Positions 1 through 9,156 of a DNA stretch of 64,000 nucleotides are shown piece by piece; the first letter of the stretch is position 1; each line of letters opens with the position of its first letter. The position numbers and the translations under genes are program-made. The notes under the pieces are model-generated. The model was not told the origin of the DNA. It ran no database searches and was given only the letters and a program-made list of their open reading frames with translations. This DNA is from Pelagomonas calceolata (lineage: Eukaryota): assembly GCA_918797485.1 (NCBI GenBank), contig CAKKNE010000002.1:2976001-3040000 (forward strand). Direction: 5' to 3'.

Positions 1-7
1 CAAGAAG

Positions 8-1042
8 TCACAGATCCTCGCAGTCGCCCAGCACCTCCCCCTCAGCGAGATCCCAGAGCCCGAGGTACTGGTCCGCGTGCGCATCGAGATACAACCTCGA
101 TGGGTCGCGCGCGCAGTAGGGCCGCTTCAACAGATTCGTCCGGTGCCCATTCGCCAGGACGTATGAAGTATCGAAGTCGTCTGCTTTCACGTACGTCGAG
201 GTCAACAAGTACGAAGCGCCGGACCCATGCAAGTGTCTGAGGACGGCCCTCCCATCACCAACGGGCAGGTGGAACAGCAAATGTCTACACAAAATCAACG
301 TGCGGCGCCCCCGGACCAGGCTCCTCAACTGATCAACTGATGATTCATCAGCGACGTCCAGCGCCATGAAAGTGAGGGAGGGATGCTTCTCAATGTTGGA
401 AGCTATCACACTCTGGACGACGTCAATGCCCACGTACTCCACACCTCGTAAATCGACAGAAGCCATCCAGGTCATATCACCACAAGGGGCGTCGATCAAC
501 AACTCGATGTCAAACTCCCTGATGAGCTGCTCTATGGTCGTGATGGCGTTCTTCGCCGCGTCCAGAGTGGATCCGGGACCACTCGCGGGGACCCCTGGCA
601 TCTTGTGCTGCGCCGCCCAGTACCCCAATTCATACACTGTCGAGAAATATGAACTACGGTCCCATTCCGTTGTTGTTCCCGTGTGACTTTTGATATCCAC
701 GTTGCCGCTTCCTACTCCTACACTGAACTGGGTCGAAGCGGACGCGACTTCTGTACCATCGGAGAACATGGTCAATACGAGCGACCGTTTACCGGGCAAG
801 AGTGACGTGAGCACGAGCTGCTCGCGGGCCATCACATCTAGTTGATTGCAGGTCATGGGCTCGCCGTCGAGCGCCACGCAGACGCGGTAGGCCTCCGCTC
901 GGTCGCCTTCCGGGAGCGTGCCCGTGAATCCTAATGTTACGTCTCTCTCCGATGTTTCCGAATTATTTTGAGGCGACCAGACGTCGAGGCGCTGGGCGCT
1001 TGCGATGGTCAGGAGCGCGCACCACCACCAGAGGCTGCCCAT
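8..1042 (-). CDS. Secreted/membrane class I SAM-dependent methyltransferase-like protein
   Basis: N-terminal signal peptide; SGPGS...LIDAPCGD motif I, GIDVV, CRHLLFHL typical of Methyltransf-like proteins. Confidence 0.7.
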   Translation of the reverse strand: MGSLWWWCALLTIASAQRLDVWSPQNNSETSERDVTLGFTGTLPEGDRAEAYRVCVALDGEPMTCNQLDVMAREQLVLTSLLPGKRSLVLTMFSDGTEVASASTQFSVGVGSGNVDIKSHTGTTTEWDRSSYFSTVYELGYWAAQHKMPGVPASGPGSTLDAAKNAITTIEQLIREFDIELLIDAPCGDMTWMASVDLRGVEYVGIDVVQSVIASNIEKHPSLTFMALDVADESSVDQLRSLVRGRRTLILCRHLLFHLPVGDGRAVLRHLHGSGASYLLTSTYVKADDFDTSYVLANGHRTNLLKRPYCARDPSRLYLDAHADQYLGLWDLAEGEVLGDCEDL

Positions 1043-1492
1043 GTCTTTGTGCTCACGCTCCGGGGCGCATCGATGGCGTGCTCGTTGCGCTGGTTATAGT
1101 GGTACTAATTACAACCCATTCGGCCTGCCTGGTGATGCGTGCGGCGCACAAGGAGCTTGCCAATTGGCATGCGGCCATGGCCATGGCAGCCGGCCTCGGC
1201 GGCGCCTTTGCGGCGGCGCAGGCCGCCAGGGAGTCAAACAGACCGCTCCTAGAGCTCTTCCGGGACTGCTTGGAGATTTCATTTCAGGCCGACGACGGGC
1301 CTCGGCCGCGCGACGAAGGCGCTAATCAGGGCGATACGCGCCCAACAATTAGCCGAACGACAAGCCGCCGTTTCGGCTTCGACCACTGCCCTACGGACCA
1401 CGTCACAGCGGCTGCGCCGGCACGCATATCGCCCGTAACGCCGACGCCCTGAAACCGACAAAATCTAGCCGAGACGCAAGCCCGACGCAGCC

Positions 1493-3172
1493 ATGATCCC
1501 CAGCCCGCGCTCCGTCACGACGCGCCCCCCGAGCCCGGCCGACGACATGGACGTGAGCGACGACGAGTGCCCCATCCCCGAGATGCCCTCGTTTTTGCCG
1601 GCGCTGCTCATCGAGTGCCTCGGCTACCCGGCCGGGCTGGGCGCCATGGTCGCGTGCCAGAGCTGGCGCCAGCAGGCCGAAAGGATATTTAGAGCCGAGT
1701 TAGCTGAATTACGCACCGCCAATGATTGCGTGGCGGAATATCTGGATCTGCCCAAGAGCACCAAATCCACGATCAGCGTGGCCTTCTCCGCGGACCATCG
1801 ACGCTTCGCGTCGACGCACGGCGACCACACGGTCAAAGTTGTGGATTTTGACAGCAAGGAGGTCGTGTCTACGCTCGTCGGCCATCCGCGAACCCCATGG
1901 ACGGTCAAATTTCACCCGACGGATCCGGACATCGTGGCGAGCGGCTGTCTCGGCTTTGAAGCTCGAGTATGGAACTGTACCACTCAAATATGTTTGCGGA
2001 AGGCCGAGTTCAACCGCGCGATCATCTCGCTGTCCTTTCACCCGTCTGGAGACATCCTTGCGGTCGCCGCTGGTACCGCTATTTACTTGTGGGATTATAG
2101 TTCAGGAGCGCCTCCCATAAGAGAATTCGTGCACGAGCACCCCATTCGCTGTTTGCGGTTCTTGCCTTCCCGTGATGCTCTCATTGTCGGGGCGGCGAAC
2201 AGTACGAGAGGCGAAGAGGATGATAGACTGACGTTCCAGCTCATGCTCTGTGCCTTTGACGTGAATGCTGCCAGAGAGGACGCCTCTTCGCACTCTACCA
2301 GAGCAAGACTCACGTCCTCACCTACTTCTTCCCTGGAAAACGAGCCGCCGCTCGTCGCGCGGGAGCAAGGCGGCGGCCGCGCCATCGGCGCGCACCCGCG
2401 CAAGGTGCTGAAACGTGCTTTATTCTACAATGACGGCGGGTTTGACGTCTCGCCGTGCGGGCGCTTTCTAGTGAGCTGCGCGGAGCTGTATGTCCCTGGG
2501 GCCGCGGTGAGCACGGAGACACCTCCTGCGGAAGAGGCGAACGAGCCGCCGCCGCCGCCTCCATTACGTTTGCATCCTTCCACGCCGTCGATGCCGCTGC
2601 CGTCGTTTGTCTCGCGGTCTCCAGCCACACCTGGTAGTAACCAGAGCTTCTTCGGGCGGATCTTCGCGTCGCCGCAGCCGTCGACGCCGCCGCGACCCTG
2701 GTCCGTCACGTCCACGCAAACGCCGCCGCCGCCGCCCGCCCCGGTCCAAGAGGGCCGATACCGGCCTCATCTTGTGGTGGTGTCCCTGACGGAGGAGACC
2801 GAGGAGGGCGAAGGGCGGTTGTTGCAGGCCGCGCCCTTGGACTCGCAGAGCTTCTCGACCAATACCACGGAAGCGGGCGGTTCTGATATCGTCACTTCTG
2901 TGAAGCTGTCGCCGACGGCATCTTTGGTACTACTGGGCCACTCGCGGGGCGGCGACGGGACGTCTTCGGATTCCGCACCGCGAGTCGTGAGCGTCACTTA
3001 TAGAGTGGGCGACATGGCGCGAGTAGACGTCCGAGAAGAGGTCGGCGACGACGTGAACATCGCGCGCTTCCACCCGACGCCGGGCCGCGGCCTCATCTAC
3101 GGGACGAAGCAGGGCAAGCTCTGCCGCATGACGCCGCGGCCGCCGACGCCTACTCCGCCCGCGGGGCCCTAG
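1493..3172 (+). CDS. AMBRA1-like WD40 repeat protein
   Basis: FASTHGDHTVKV, GHPRTPWTVKFHP, SLSFHPSGDILAVA and C-terminal VNIARFHP...YGTKQG resemble the split WD40 of AMBRA1; Pro-rich insert. Confidence 0.75.
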   Translation: MIPSPRSVTTRPPSPADDMDVSDDECPIPEMPSFLPALLIECLGYPAGLGAMVACQSWRQQAERIFRAELAELRTANDCVAEYLDLPKSTKSTISVAFSADHRRFASTHGDHTVKVVDFDSKEVVSTLVGHPRTPWTVKFHPTDPDIVASGCLGFEARVWNCTTQICLRKAEFNRAIISLSFHPSGDILAVAAGTAIYLWDYSSGAPPIREFVHEHPIRCLRFLPSRDALIVGAANSTRGEEDDRLTFQLMLCAFDVNAAREDASSHSTRARLTSSPTSSLENEPPLVAREQGGGRAIGAHPRKVLKRALFYNDGGFDVSPCGRFLVSCAELYVPGAAVSTETPPAEEANEPPPPPPLRLHPSTPSMPLPSFVSRSPATPGSNQSFFGRIFASPQPSTPPRPWSVTSTQTPPPPPAPVQEGRYRPHLVVVSLTEETEEGEGRLLQAAPLDSQSFSTNTTEAGGSDIVTSVKLSPTASLVLLGHSRGGDGTSSDSAPRVVSVTYRVGDMARVDVREEVGDDVNIARFHPTPGRGLIYGTKQGKLCRMTPRPPTPTPPAGP

Positions 3173-3207
3173 CTAACTTGCTTGATTACGATAGTATTGC
3201 CGGATAC

Positions 3208-4488
3208 TTAGGTTGTCATCGCTCCCACCGCCTCGCAGATGGAGGTCACGTCGCCCGACGCTGCATCTTCCACCGGCGCGGCATCGGCGGCGAGCGTCTT
3301 TGCGAGCTCTGCGCGCTCCTGGGCGAGTTTCGCGCGCGCCGTTCGAAACGCGTCCTGGGCAAGCGTCTCAGGCGTTTCGCGGGCGCGGAGCGTGGCTCGC
3401 GCATTTTGCAGGGTCCCCTCAATGTTCTTTGTGAGGGGATGCGAGCCACCGAGCACACGCCGCGCGGTCCGTCCAGCGTCCTCGAGCGTCGACACGGCCT
3501 CACGGAGATCGTCGAGCGTGGCGGCCGGGTCGTCGTAGAGCGCCGTCGCATAAATCGACCTCATCATGAGCACGAGTTGTTCATTCTCCCCGAGAATGCG
3601 CCGCGCAACGGGCATCGTTTTACGCACGAGCGACTTGGCTTCTTCGAAGCGGCCAAGACCAAAAAGGGATGTCGCGTAATTGTTGGCTGCTATGAGAGTG
3701 TGTCTATGTTGCTCGCCATTGAGCTTCAAATGTCCGGAGTATACGTCTCGCTTCATTTCTAGGGCCTCTTCATCCCGTCCTAGCTGGTCATACGTCACCG
3801 CAAGATTGCTCTGTACGTCGAGCACATCTTCTTCTGATGCGCCAATGCGCCGCATCATAGACAAATTAGCCTCTTCCACGGACAACGCGTCCTCGTGATT
3901 TCTTGTAGCGGCTAAACCGCTCCCAAGCACACTCATCGCCATGCCCCGAATCTCGTCCTCCGGCCGCCCCAAGTACGTCTTCCAGCATGCCCACCCCAGC
4001 GCGCAATACACGACGCCATGGTAGTCTTGCTTGCACAAGCTGCACGTGTTCCACCGATGCCACCGATCATTCATCATCTTCCCGTCCAAATTGTTCTCCT
4101 CGCCCTCCGCGAACAAAATCTTGGCCTGCTCCGCCAAGCACGAAACGTGCGCGAAACCTGCCGTCCCGCGGCACGAGCACCCGCGCACGAGGCCCTCCTT
4201 CGTTTTCCAGTGCAAAGCTTGTGTACAGATGTAGCACGTCTGGCCCTTGGTGTCCTCCGCGCACGCCTCCGCCGCGTCCGTCACGGCCTCCGCGTACTTC
4301 TTATTTGCGTTGTATTGCTCAGCGCCGCCTGCTTTTTTTATTGGTTTGCAGAGCTTGTCGTGCCCGCCTTCTTTCCAGTGCTGCACCTGGCATTCGGGTC
4401 CGCAGTAGCGCGTGCTGCAGCGGCCGCATTTCTTGCCCAAGGTTAGCCCAAGGTCGGTGGCGCAGACGGCGCACTGCGTGAGGATCAT
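3208..4488 (-). CDS. MYND zinc finger + RING-CH (C4HC3) + TPR repeat protein
   Basis: CAVC..CGRC..YCGPECQVQHW..H..C (MYND); CYIC..CSCRG..HVSCL..CSLC (RING-variant); SNLAVTY/ANNYA/VLGGSHP kinesin-light-chain-type TPRs; first ATG at 4488. Confidence 0.85.
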   Translation of the reverse strand: MILTQCAVCATDLGLTLGKKCGRCSTRYCGPECQVQHWKEGGHDKLCKPIKKAGGAEQYNANKKYAEAVTDAAEACAEDTKGQTCYICTQALHWKTKEGLVRGCSCRGTAGFAHVSCLAEQAKILFAEGEENNLDGKMMNDRWHRWNTCSLCKQDYHGVVYCALGWACWKTYLGRPEDEIRGMAMSVLGSGLAATRNHEDALSVEEANLSMMRRIGASEEDVLDVQSNLAVTYDQLGRDEEALEMKRDVYSGHLKLNGEQHRHTLIAANNYATSLFGLGRFEEAKSLVRKTMPVARRILGENEQLVLMMRSIYATALYDDPAATLDDLREAVSTLEDAGRTARRVLGGSHPLTKNIEGTLQNARATLRARETPETLAQDAFRTARAKLAQERAELAKTLAADAAPVEDAASGDVTSICEAVGAMTT

Positions 4489-4545
4489 CTCGTATATGGT
4501 CAAATCGCTCGGGGCAGCCGCGACGCCGTCGACGCGAAAGGCGAG

Positions 4546-4566
4546 CTAGCGGTCGTAAGACACTAG
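4546..4566 (+). promoter_or_regulatory. Recurrent intergenic dyad motif
   Basis: CTAGCGGTCGTAAGACACTAG between divergent genes. Confidence 0.7.
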
Positions 4567-4726
4567 CATTTAGGCCGGCCGGGCGCGCAGCAGCCTCATA
4601 CATGCGCGTCGCGGCCATAGACGTGGACAGCGAACGCTTAACAAGCACCGCAAACCGCCGCGCCAGCTCTGCACCGCGAGAAGGCGCCGCGGGCAGCCAT
4701 CATCGCACCACACCCATGGCCCGCAC

Positions 4727-6325
4727 ATGAGAAGTGCATTGCTCCTAGCCGCCGCAGCCGTCGCCGACGACGCGCCGGACTGGCTGCCGGCGTCGCTGCG
4801 GCGCCTCGGGCCCGTGACGCGGTCCGAACGCCACTGGCAAGAACTGAAAAACTTCTTCCGACCCGGCGGCCCCTCGGAAAACTTCCGCATAGCCGTCGAC
4901 GCGAGCTGCGTCGAGGACGACCTGAGTTATGACACGCGCTTCCGACCGCCGCGACCCTTTTCGGACAGGTCGATGCCCTGGTGGCGCCTCGGGTCTTATC
5001 AGTTAACACATCCGAAATGGTCGCTGGAAGTGTGGCTGCCTCTGGTGATTGCGAGGAGTCGGTGGTACACCGATCACAAGCCGAACATTACCTTAGTACC
5101 TCATGCAAATACTCCGAGAACAAAAAACGGCAAGACGCGGCCGCGCCATGCTTTAGGTTGGTGCCGCGACCGCGTCGCGGCCACGAATCCGCACTGGGGT
5201 GCCAATGGTGATTCATTTTTCTTCGTGGCAGCGTCGTCGCGAGGGCCTTGCTGTGATGGGGGCCAACCGCGCGACCCCGGGTTGTTGCGGCACCACTTCA
5301 TCGGCCACGTTGGGGAGAGGTCAGATGGGCCCTGGCTGTTCCGAGAAGCGCGGTTCGCGGATCGGCTATTGCGGGACTCGCAGTACAAGGCCCCCGTGAC
5401 GAGAGATACGGCGCCGCGCATTCGCTGCTTCGACGAGAGGAAGGACATTTCCGTACCTCCACCAGTATTCCTACTTCGCGACCGCGGGGCCGGCGACATT
5501 CGCGGGAGAAGTGAAGGTGAGGTACCTTCGTCAGACCGAGATGTTTTGGTGCTCGGTGCGGAAGGGGCTTCCGGAGGCCTCGAATATGATTTGAGGAGGG
5601 CCCTGACGGATTTTTACGACCCCGGGGGCCCGGACCGACGGAAATACAATCAGGAGGACCCGCCGATTGCTGGAGACGTCGTCATCCGTTTCCGCGTGCC
5701 CTCGAAAAATTACACGTCCCTGTTAAAGAGGGCGAAGTACTGTCTGGTGACGGAAGGCTTCTCACCCTGGTCACCTCGCTTAACGGAGGCCGTCGCGCAC
5801 GGCTGCGTGCCCGTATTTTTATCTCCTTTGTTAAGGCCGCCCTACGCGTCTGTGCTGGACTACGCGAAGTTTAGTATTTGGTTGACTGAAAAGGACATAC
5901 CGCACATACCTTCTCTCCTAAGAAGGTACGACCATGCGTCATTATTTGAGAATCTGATGCGCGTCAGACCATTATTTGCGTTCTGCGTCGATGGTGGAGG
6001 CGAGGACGGCTGCGGGCGCGGTGGTAGTCTGGGCGTGCCCGGCGACGGGCTGCCCTTTTTGGTGTATGAGATGTTCTCTCGTCAAGTGAACGCTTATACT
6101 GATACGTCCTCCACTCTATTGACGGAGGGCGGCTATACATCCGTGGACTACGCCTGCAACGCGGAGGACGGATCGTGTTCCCTCTCCCTGAAGGACGAAA
6201 GGTGGCGCTGCGCCATGGCGAACCGCCACGCGTGCATGTGCCAGCGCGAAGTGGATGGGGTCTACCGCTACGTGGGCAACACCACAAACCTCAAGGGCCA
6301 CAAGAAAAATTTATATCACAACTAA
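4727..6325 (+). CDS. Exostosin-family glycosyltransferase (GT47)
   Basis: Signal peptide; Y..LLKRAKYCLVTEGFSPWSPRLTEAVAHGCVPVFL..PPYASVLDY GT47 signature. Confidence 0.85.
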   Translation: MRSALLLAAAAVADDAPDWLPASLRRLGPVTRSERHWQELKNFFRPGGPSENFRIAVDASCVEDDLSYDTRFRPPRPFSDRSMPWWRLGSYQLTHPKWSLEVWLPLVIARSRWYTDHKPNITLVPHANTPRTKNGKTRPRHALGWCRDRVAATNPHWGANGDSFFFVAASSRGPCCDGGQPRDPGLLRHHFIGHVGERSDGPWLFREARFADRLLRDSQYKAPVTRDTAPRIRCFDERKDISVPPPVFLLRDRGAGDIRGRSEGEVPSSDRDVLVLGAEGASGGLEYDLRRALTDFYDPGGPDRRKYNQEDPPIAGDVVIRFRVPSKNYTSLLKRAKYCLVTEGFSPWSPRLTEAVAHGCVPVFLSPLLRPPYASVLDYAKFSIWLTEKDIPHIPSLLRRYDHASLFENLMRVRPLFAFCVDGGGEDGCGRGGSLGVPGDGLPFLVYEMFSRQVNAYTDTSSTLLTEGGYTSVDYACNAEDGSCSLSLKDERWRCAMANRHACMCQREVDGVYRYVGNTTNLKGHKKNLYHN

Positions 6326-6326
6326 G

Positions 6327-6800
6327 TTATTGTTCTAGCTTCCGCCGTTTCCGCTTCTCCATCGCATTATTGCGATCCCTCTCGTCCACAAGCGCCTGGA
6401 ACTCGCCGACCTCCCGCTTCGCCGCCGCGTCGGCCAGCCGTTGGCGAGACTCTTCCACTTTCCTATCGTAGGCCTGCTTCTCCGTCAAATGGCGCCACTC
6501 GAAGCCTCGCAAGTATTTCATAGACCAAAGGTCGTCGGCGTGCCGATCGCGCGACCCGCGGCCCATCCTTTCCCCATTGAGAGACGCCGCGACGCGTTTC
6601 GCGATCTTCTTCTCGGCAAATTCCACCCAGCCCTCGACGAAGCGCTTGCCCCGCCCATATTTCTTCTTGTCCTCGCGCGTTTTATTTGCCGCCGCCAGAT
6701 AAAGGTTCGTGATCTCGCCGTGCTGCTCGAGCAGGCGTCTTACCTTGCCCGGCCTTAAGTGGGGCGGGATTCGCGACAAGTAGACGACGCCGCGCGTCAT
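6327..6800 (-). CDS. ESF2: Pre-rRNA-processing protein ESF2/ABT1
   Basis: GVVYLSRIPP, EGWVEF, AKRVAASLNG, DLWSMKYLRGFEWRHL. Confidence 0.9.
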   Translation of the reverse strand: MTRGVVYLSRIPPHLRPGKVRRLLEQHGEITNLYLAAANKTREDKKKYGRGKRFVEGWVEFAEKKIAKRVAASLNGERMGRGSRDRHADDLWSMKYLRGFEWRHLTEKQAYDRKVEESRQRLADAAAKREVGEFQALVDERDRNNAMEKRKRRKLEQ

Positions 6801-7037
6801 GGTTGCTGTTCAGGTGCTCAGCCGGCAGGCGGCTGATCGGCTGAAAGCGGTGCGTTTAGAGACTTCCGCACTCGAAGACGTTGCTTACGTGCTGTCCGCA
6901 GCTGTTTGTCAAGAGCTGTGAGGCTATATGGCAGAGCATCGCCCGCGCAAAGGACTCAGCCAAAAAGTTGACCTAGTGCATCAACTTACTAGCACCGAAA
7001 ATCGCAGGCCAAGTCGCTCATTAATTTTGACACACCA

Positions 7038-7613
7038 TTACTCGTCCTCATCATCCTCGTCCTCGTCGTCCTCGTCCTCCTCGAACAAGTCCACCAGCTC
7101 GAGCCCGCCCGCGTCCCAGCCCTTCAGCCCGCCGGCCACGGCGACGGCGTCGACGCCGAACTGGAGCAGGTACTCCACGGCCAGCGCGCTCTTCGGTCCG
7201 GCCGTGCACGTGCACACAACGATCCGGCCCCCACCGCCGAGCATCGGAGGCGGCCCGCCCGCGATGACCCAGTTGTCCAGCGCGATGCGTCTCGCATTTT
7301 TCGCCGTGAGGGCCGGCACGCCCTCTCGTACTTCGTGCTCCAGCACTTGTTGTTCTGTGCGGACGTCGATGAGCGCTGCGCCTTTCCTCACCATCTCCGC
7401 GGCGTCCGCGGGCGTGACAAAGCGCTCAGGGTGTTCTTCCTTCACACGTGTGGCTCGTGCGACCATCTCTGGGCTCTTTGGGATGAGCTCCTCGGGCGTG
7501 AGCGGCACGTAGTCGGTGCCGGGCCGCACGTCGGCGTATAGGCGCGTCAGTCGTCTCGTATGCAGCGGCCGCGCGAGACGCAGGAGGAGGGCCATCGTCA
7601 CGGTGCGAAGCAT
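7038..7613 (-). CDS. Rhodanese-domain protein with acidic tail
   Basis: ALIDVRT, IVVCTCTAGPKS active-site loop, GGLKGW. Confidence 0.8.
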   Translation of the reverse strand: MLRTVTMALLLRLARPLHTRRLTRLYADVRPGTDYVPLTPEELIPKSPEMVARATRVKEEHPERFVTPADAAEMVRKGAALIDVRTEQQVLEHEVREGVPALTAKNARRIALDNWVIAGGPPPMLGGGGRIVVCTCTAGPKSALAVEYLLQFGVDAVAVAGGLKGWDAGGLELVDLFEEDEDDEDEDDEDE

Positions 7614-7809
7614 CTGTGGTGGCGTCGCGTCAAGCCGTCGCGTCAAGTGCTGCACCAAGCGCTCTCACTGGCAAGTTTCACACACAACGCACGCAATCGC
7701 ACAAAAATGCACGTGGGCGCCGAGCGATCAATGCGGACAACTACTGGGCCCACAGCGTGTGCGTAGGCACGGCCAATGTCTACTTTTTGTGCCGAGCTCT
7801 TACCTGGTG

Positions 7810-7831
7810 CTAGCGGTCGGTAAGACTCTAG
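7810..7831 (+). promoter_or_regulatory. Recurrent intergenic dyad motif (variant)
   Basis: CTAGCGGTCGGTAAGACTCTAG between divergent genes. Confidence 0.6.
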
Positions 7832-8009
7832 GCTTCGGCCGGTACTTTTGCCAAAAGGCTGCCCCGCAGCCCAACGCATGGCCGCCTGGGCGACGGACGC
7901 GTGACCTGGACGCCAACCGAGGCTACCGACGGACTGCGGGCAGCCTCGACGCCACCGAGGCGAGCCCAAACCAACAGCCACCACGGCGCTCGCGAAGGAA
8001 GCCGAGGCC

Positions 8010-9059
8010 GTGGCGCGCTGCCAGGAATTGATTGGAGAAGAACCGATCCACGACCCTCTCAAAACTTTCCGCAACCAGCAATCGACTCTTGGATTGAGCA
8101 AGAAGGCGATGACGGCCAAGACCCATCGCACCCATAAGGAGGTCGACCCCGGCACGCAGTCGCTCATAGACCGCATCGCTGACGACTCTTCGTTGAAAGC
8201 GCCGCCTATGCCGAAAAGGCCCAATCTCAAGTCGGGCACCACCAAAAGCAAGCTCCAGGCGCTGTCGAGATATATTCATGCGTTCGAGTATAACCATACG
8301 GGCAAGTCGTATTTCAAGATGAGCCGCGACCGGGGGCTGAAACATGTGCACTTCACGGCCCGGGAAATTATTCGCGAGGCGTTACCTATCCAGTGCGTGG
8401 AGGCCGTGTTCCTGGCGGTGCATTTGACTGCAGAGTTGGAGTGTCTGGATCTGCGAGTGCCGCTATCGTTCAAGTCGAAATGCGGCGAAGCGCATTATAG
8501 ACATATTGTATTGGCTGTACGGGACGCTTCGACGGGCAAGTGGGGCTCGTTAGGTATCTCTCGAAGAAAAGTATTAGCTTTCAAGGAGCCCACCTTCGAG
8601 AGTTTGTCAACTCTAGTATTAGATTTCCAGCTCTCCTACAAGCAGTGCGACCACGACCTCGTCAAGGTTTATCTCGGGCTGCCCTTCCCGTCAGGGTTAC
8701 ATTCCGTCGACCCCATAAAATGGAGAGTACTGAAACAGGAGTTAACTGATGAGTGGGCGAAAAAAGTCGACAAGTACTCGAAGGACTGCAACTGGGTCCG
8801 CGAGTACCATTTGTCGACCGGTGGGCTCCCGGAGCCCTACAACGGTACCACTAAGGAGCCGAAGGCGGCCGTGCCAAAGAACAAGAAGCGTCGGAGGAAG
8901 AAAAAGAAGAAGAAGGCTGTTGACGAGCCGGCGGACGAGGAGTACGACCCGGAGAAGTACACGGAAGATGACGAGGTCCTCGGCAGCGACAGCGAGGACG
9001 AGAGCGGCTGCGAGAGCGACGGGGCCGTCGTGGCGAGCGACGGCGGCGAGGAGTCTTGA
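8010..9059 (+). CDS. VASH: Vasohibin (tubulinyl-Tyr carboxypeptidase)-like protein; start uncertain
   Basis: YNHTG, EALPIQCVEAVFL (catalytic Cys), FKS, YRHIVL (His), GSLGISRR. Confidence 0.88.
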   Translation: MARCQELIGEEPIHDPLKTFRNQQSTLGLSKKAMTAKTHRTHKEVDPGTQSLIDRIADDSSLKAPPMPKRPNLKSGTTKSKLQALSRYIHAFEYNHTGKSYFKMSRDRGLKHVHFTAREIIREALPIQCVEAVFLAVHLTAELECLDLRVPLSFKSKCGEAHYRHIVLAVRDASTGKWGSLGISRRKVLAFKEPTFESLSTLVLDFQLSYKQCDHDLVKVYLGLPFPSGLHSVDPIKWRVLKQELTDEWAKKVDKYSKDCNWVREYHLSTGGLPEPYNGTTKEPKAAVPKNKKRRRKKKKKKAVDEPADEEYDPEKYTEDDEVLGSDSEDESGCESDGAVVASDGGEES

Positions 9060-9156
9060 ATCTCCGACGCGGCGGCCGCGGCGACGGCGTGGGGGGCGGC
9101 GCGCTAAGTTTTAGTTTGTGTTATCGATATCATGATTCTTATGCGCAATTTGACCC

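Noticed and set aside
934..1452. 172-aa ORF between divergent genes
   Set aside because: It overlaps the start of the methyltransferase gene and has no recognisable domain. It might hold a gene fragment, but that is unsupported.
4546..4566. Dyad motif as a Helitron 3' end (CTAG)
   Set aside because: There is no GC-rich subterminal hairpin or shared upstream homology among copies. It is not fully excluded without a genome-wide search.
7878..8009. Upstream in-frame ATG and TGA of vasohibin as readthrough or selenocysteine
   Set aside because: It lies outside the conserved domain and no SECIS is evident. A short intron or a downstream start is a simpler explanation.
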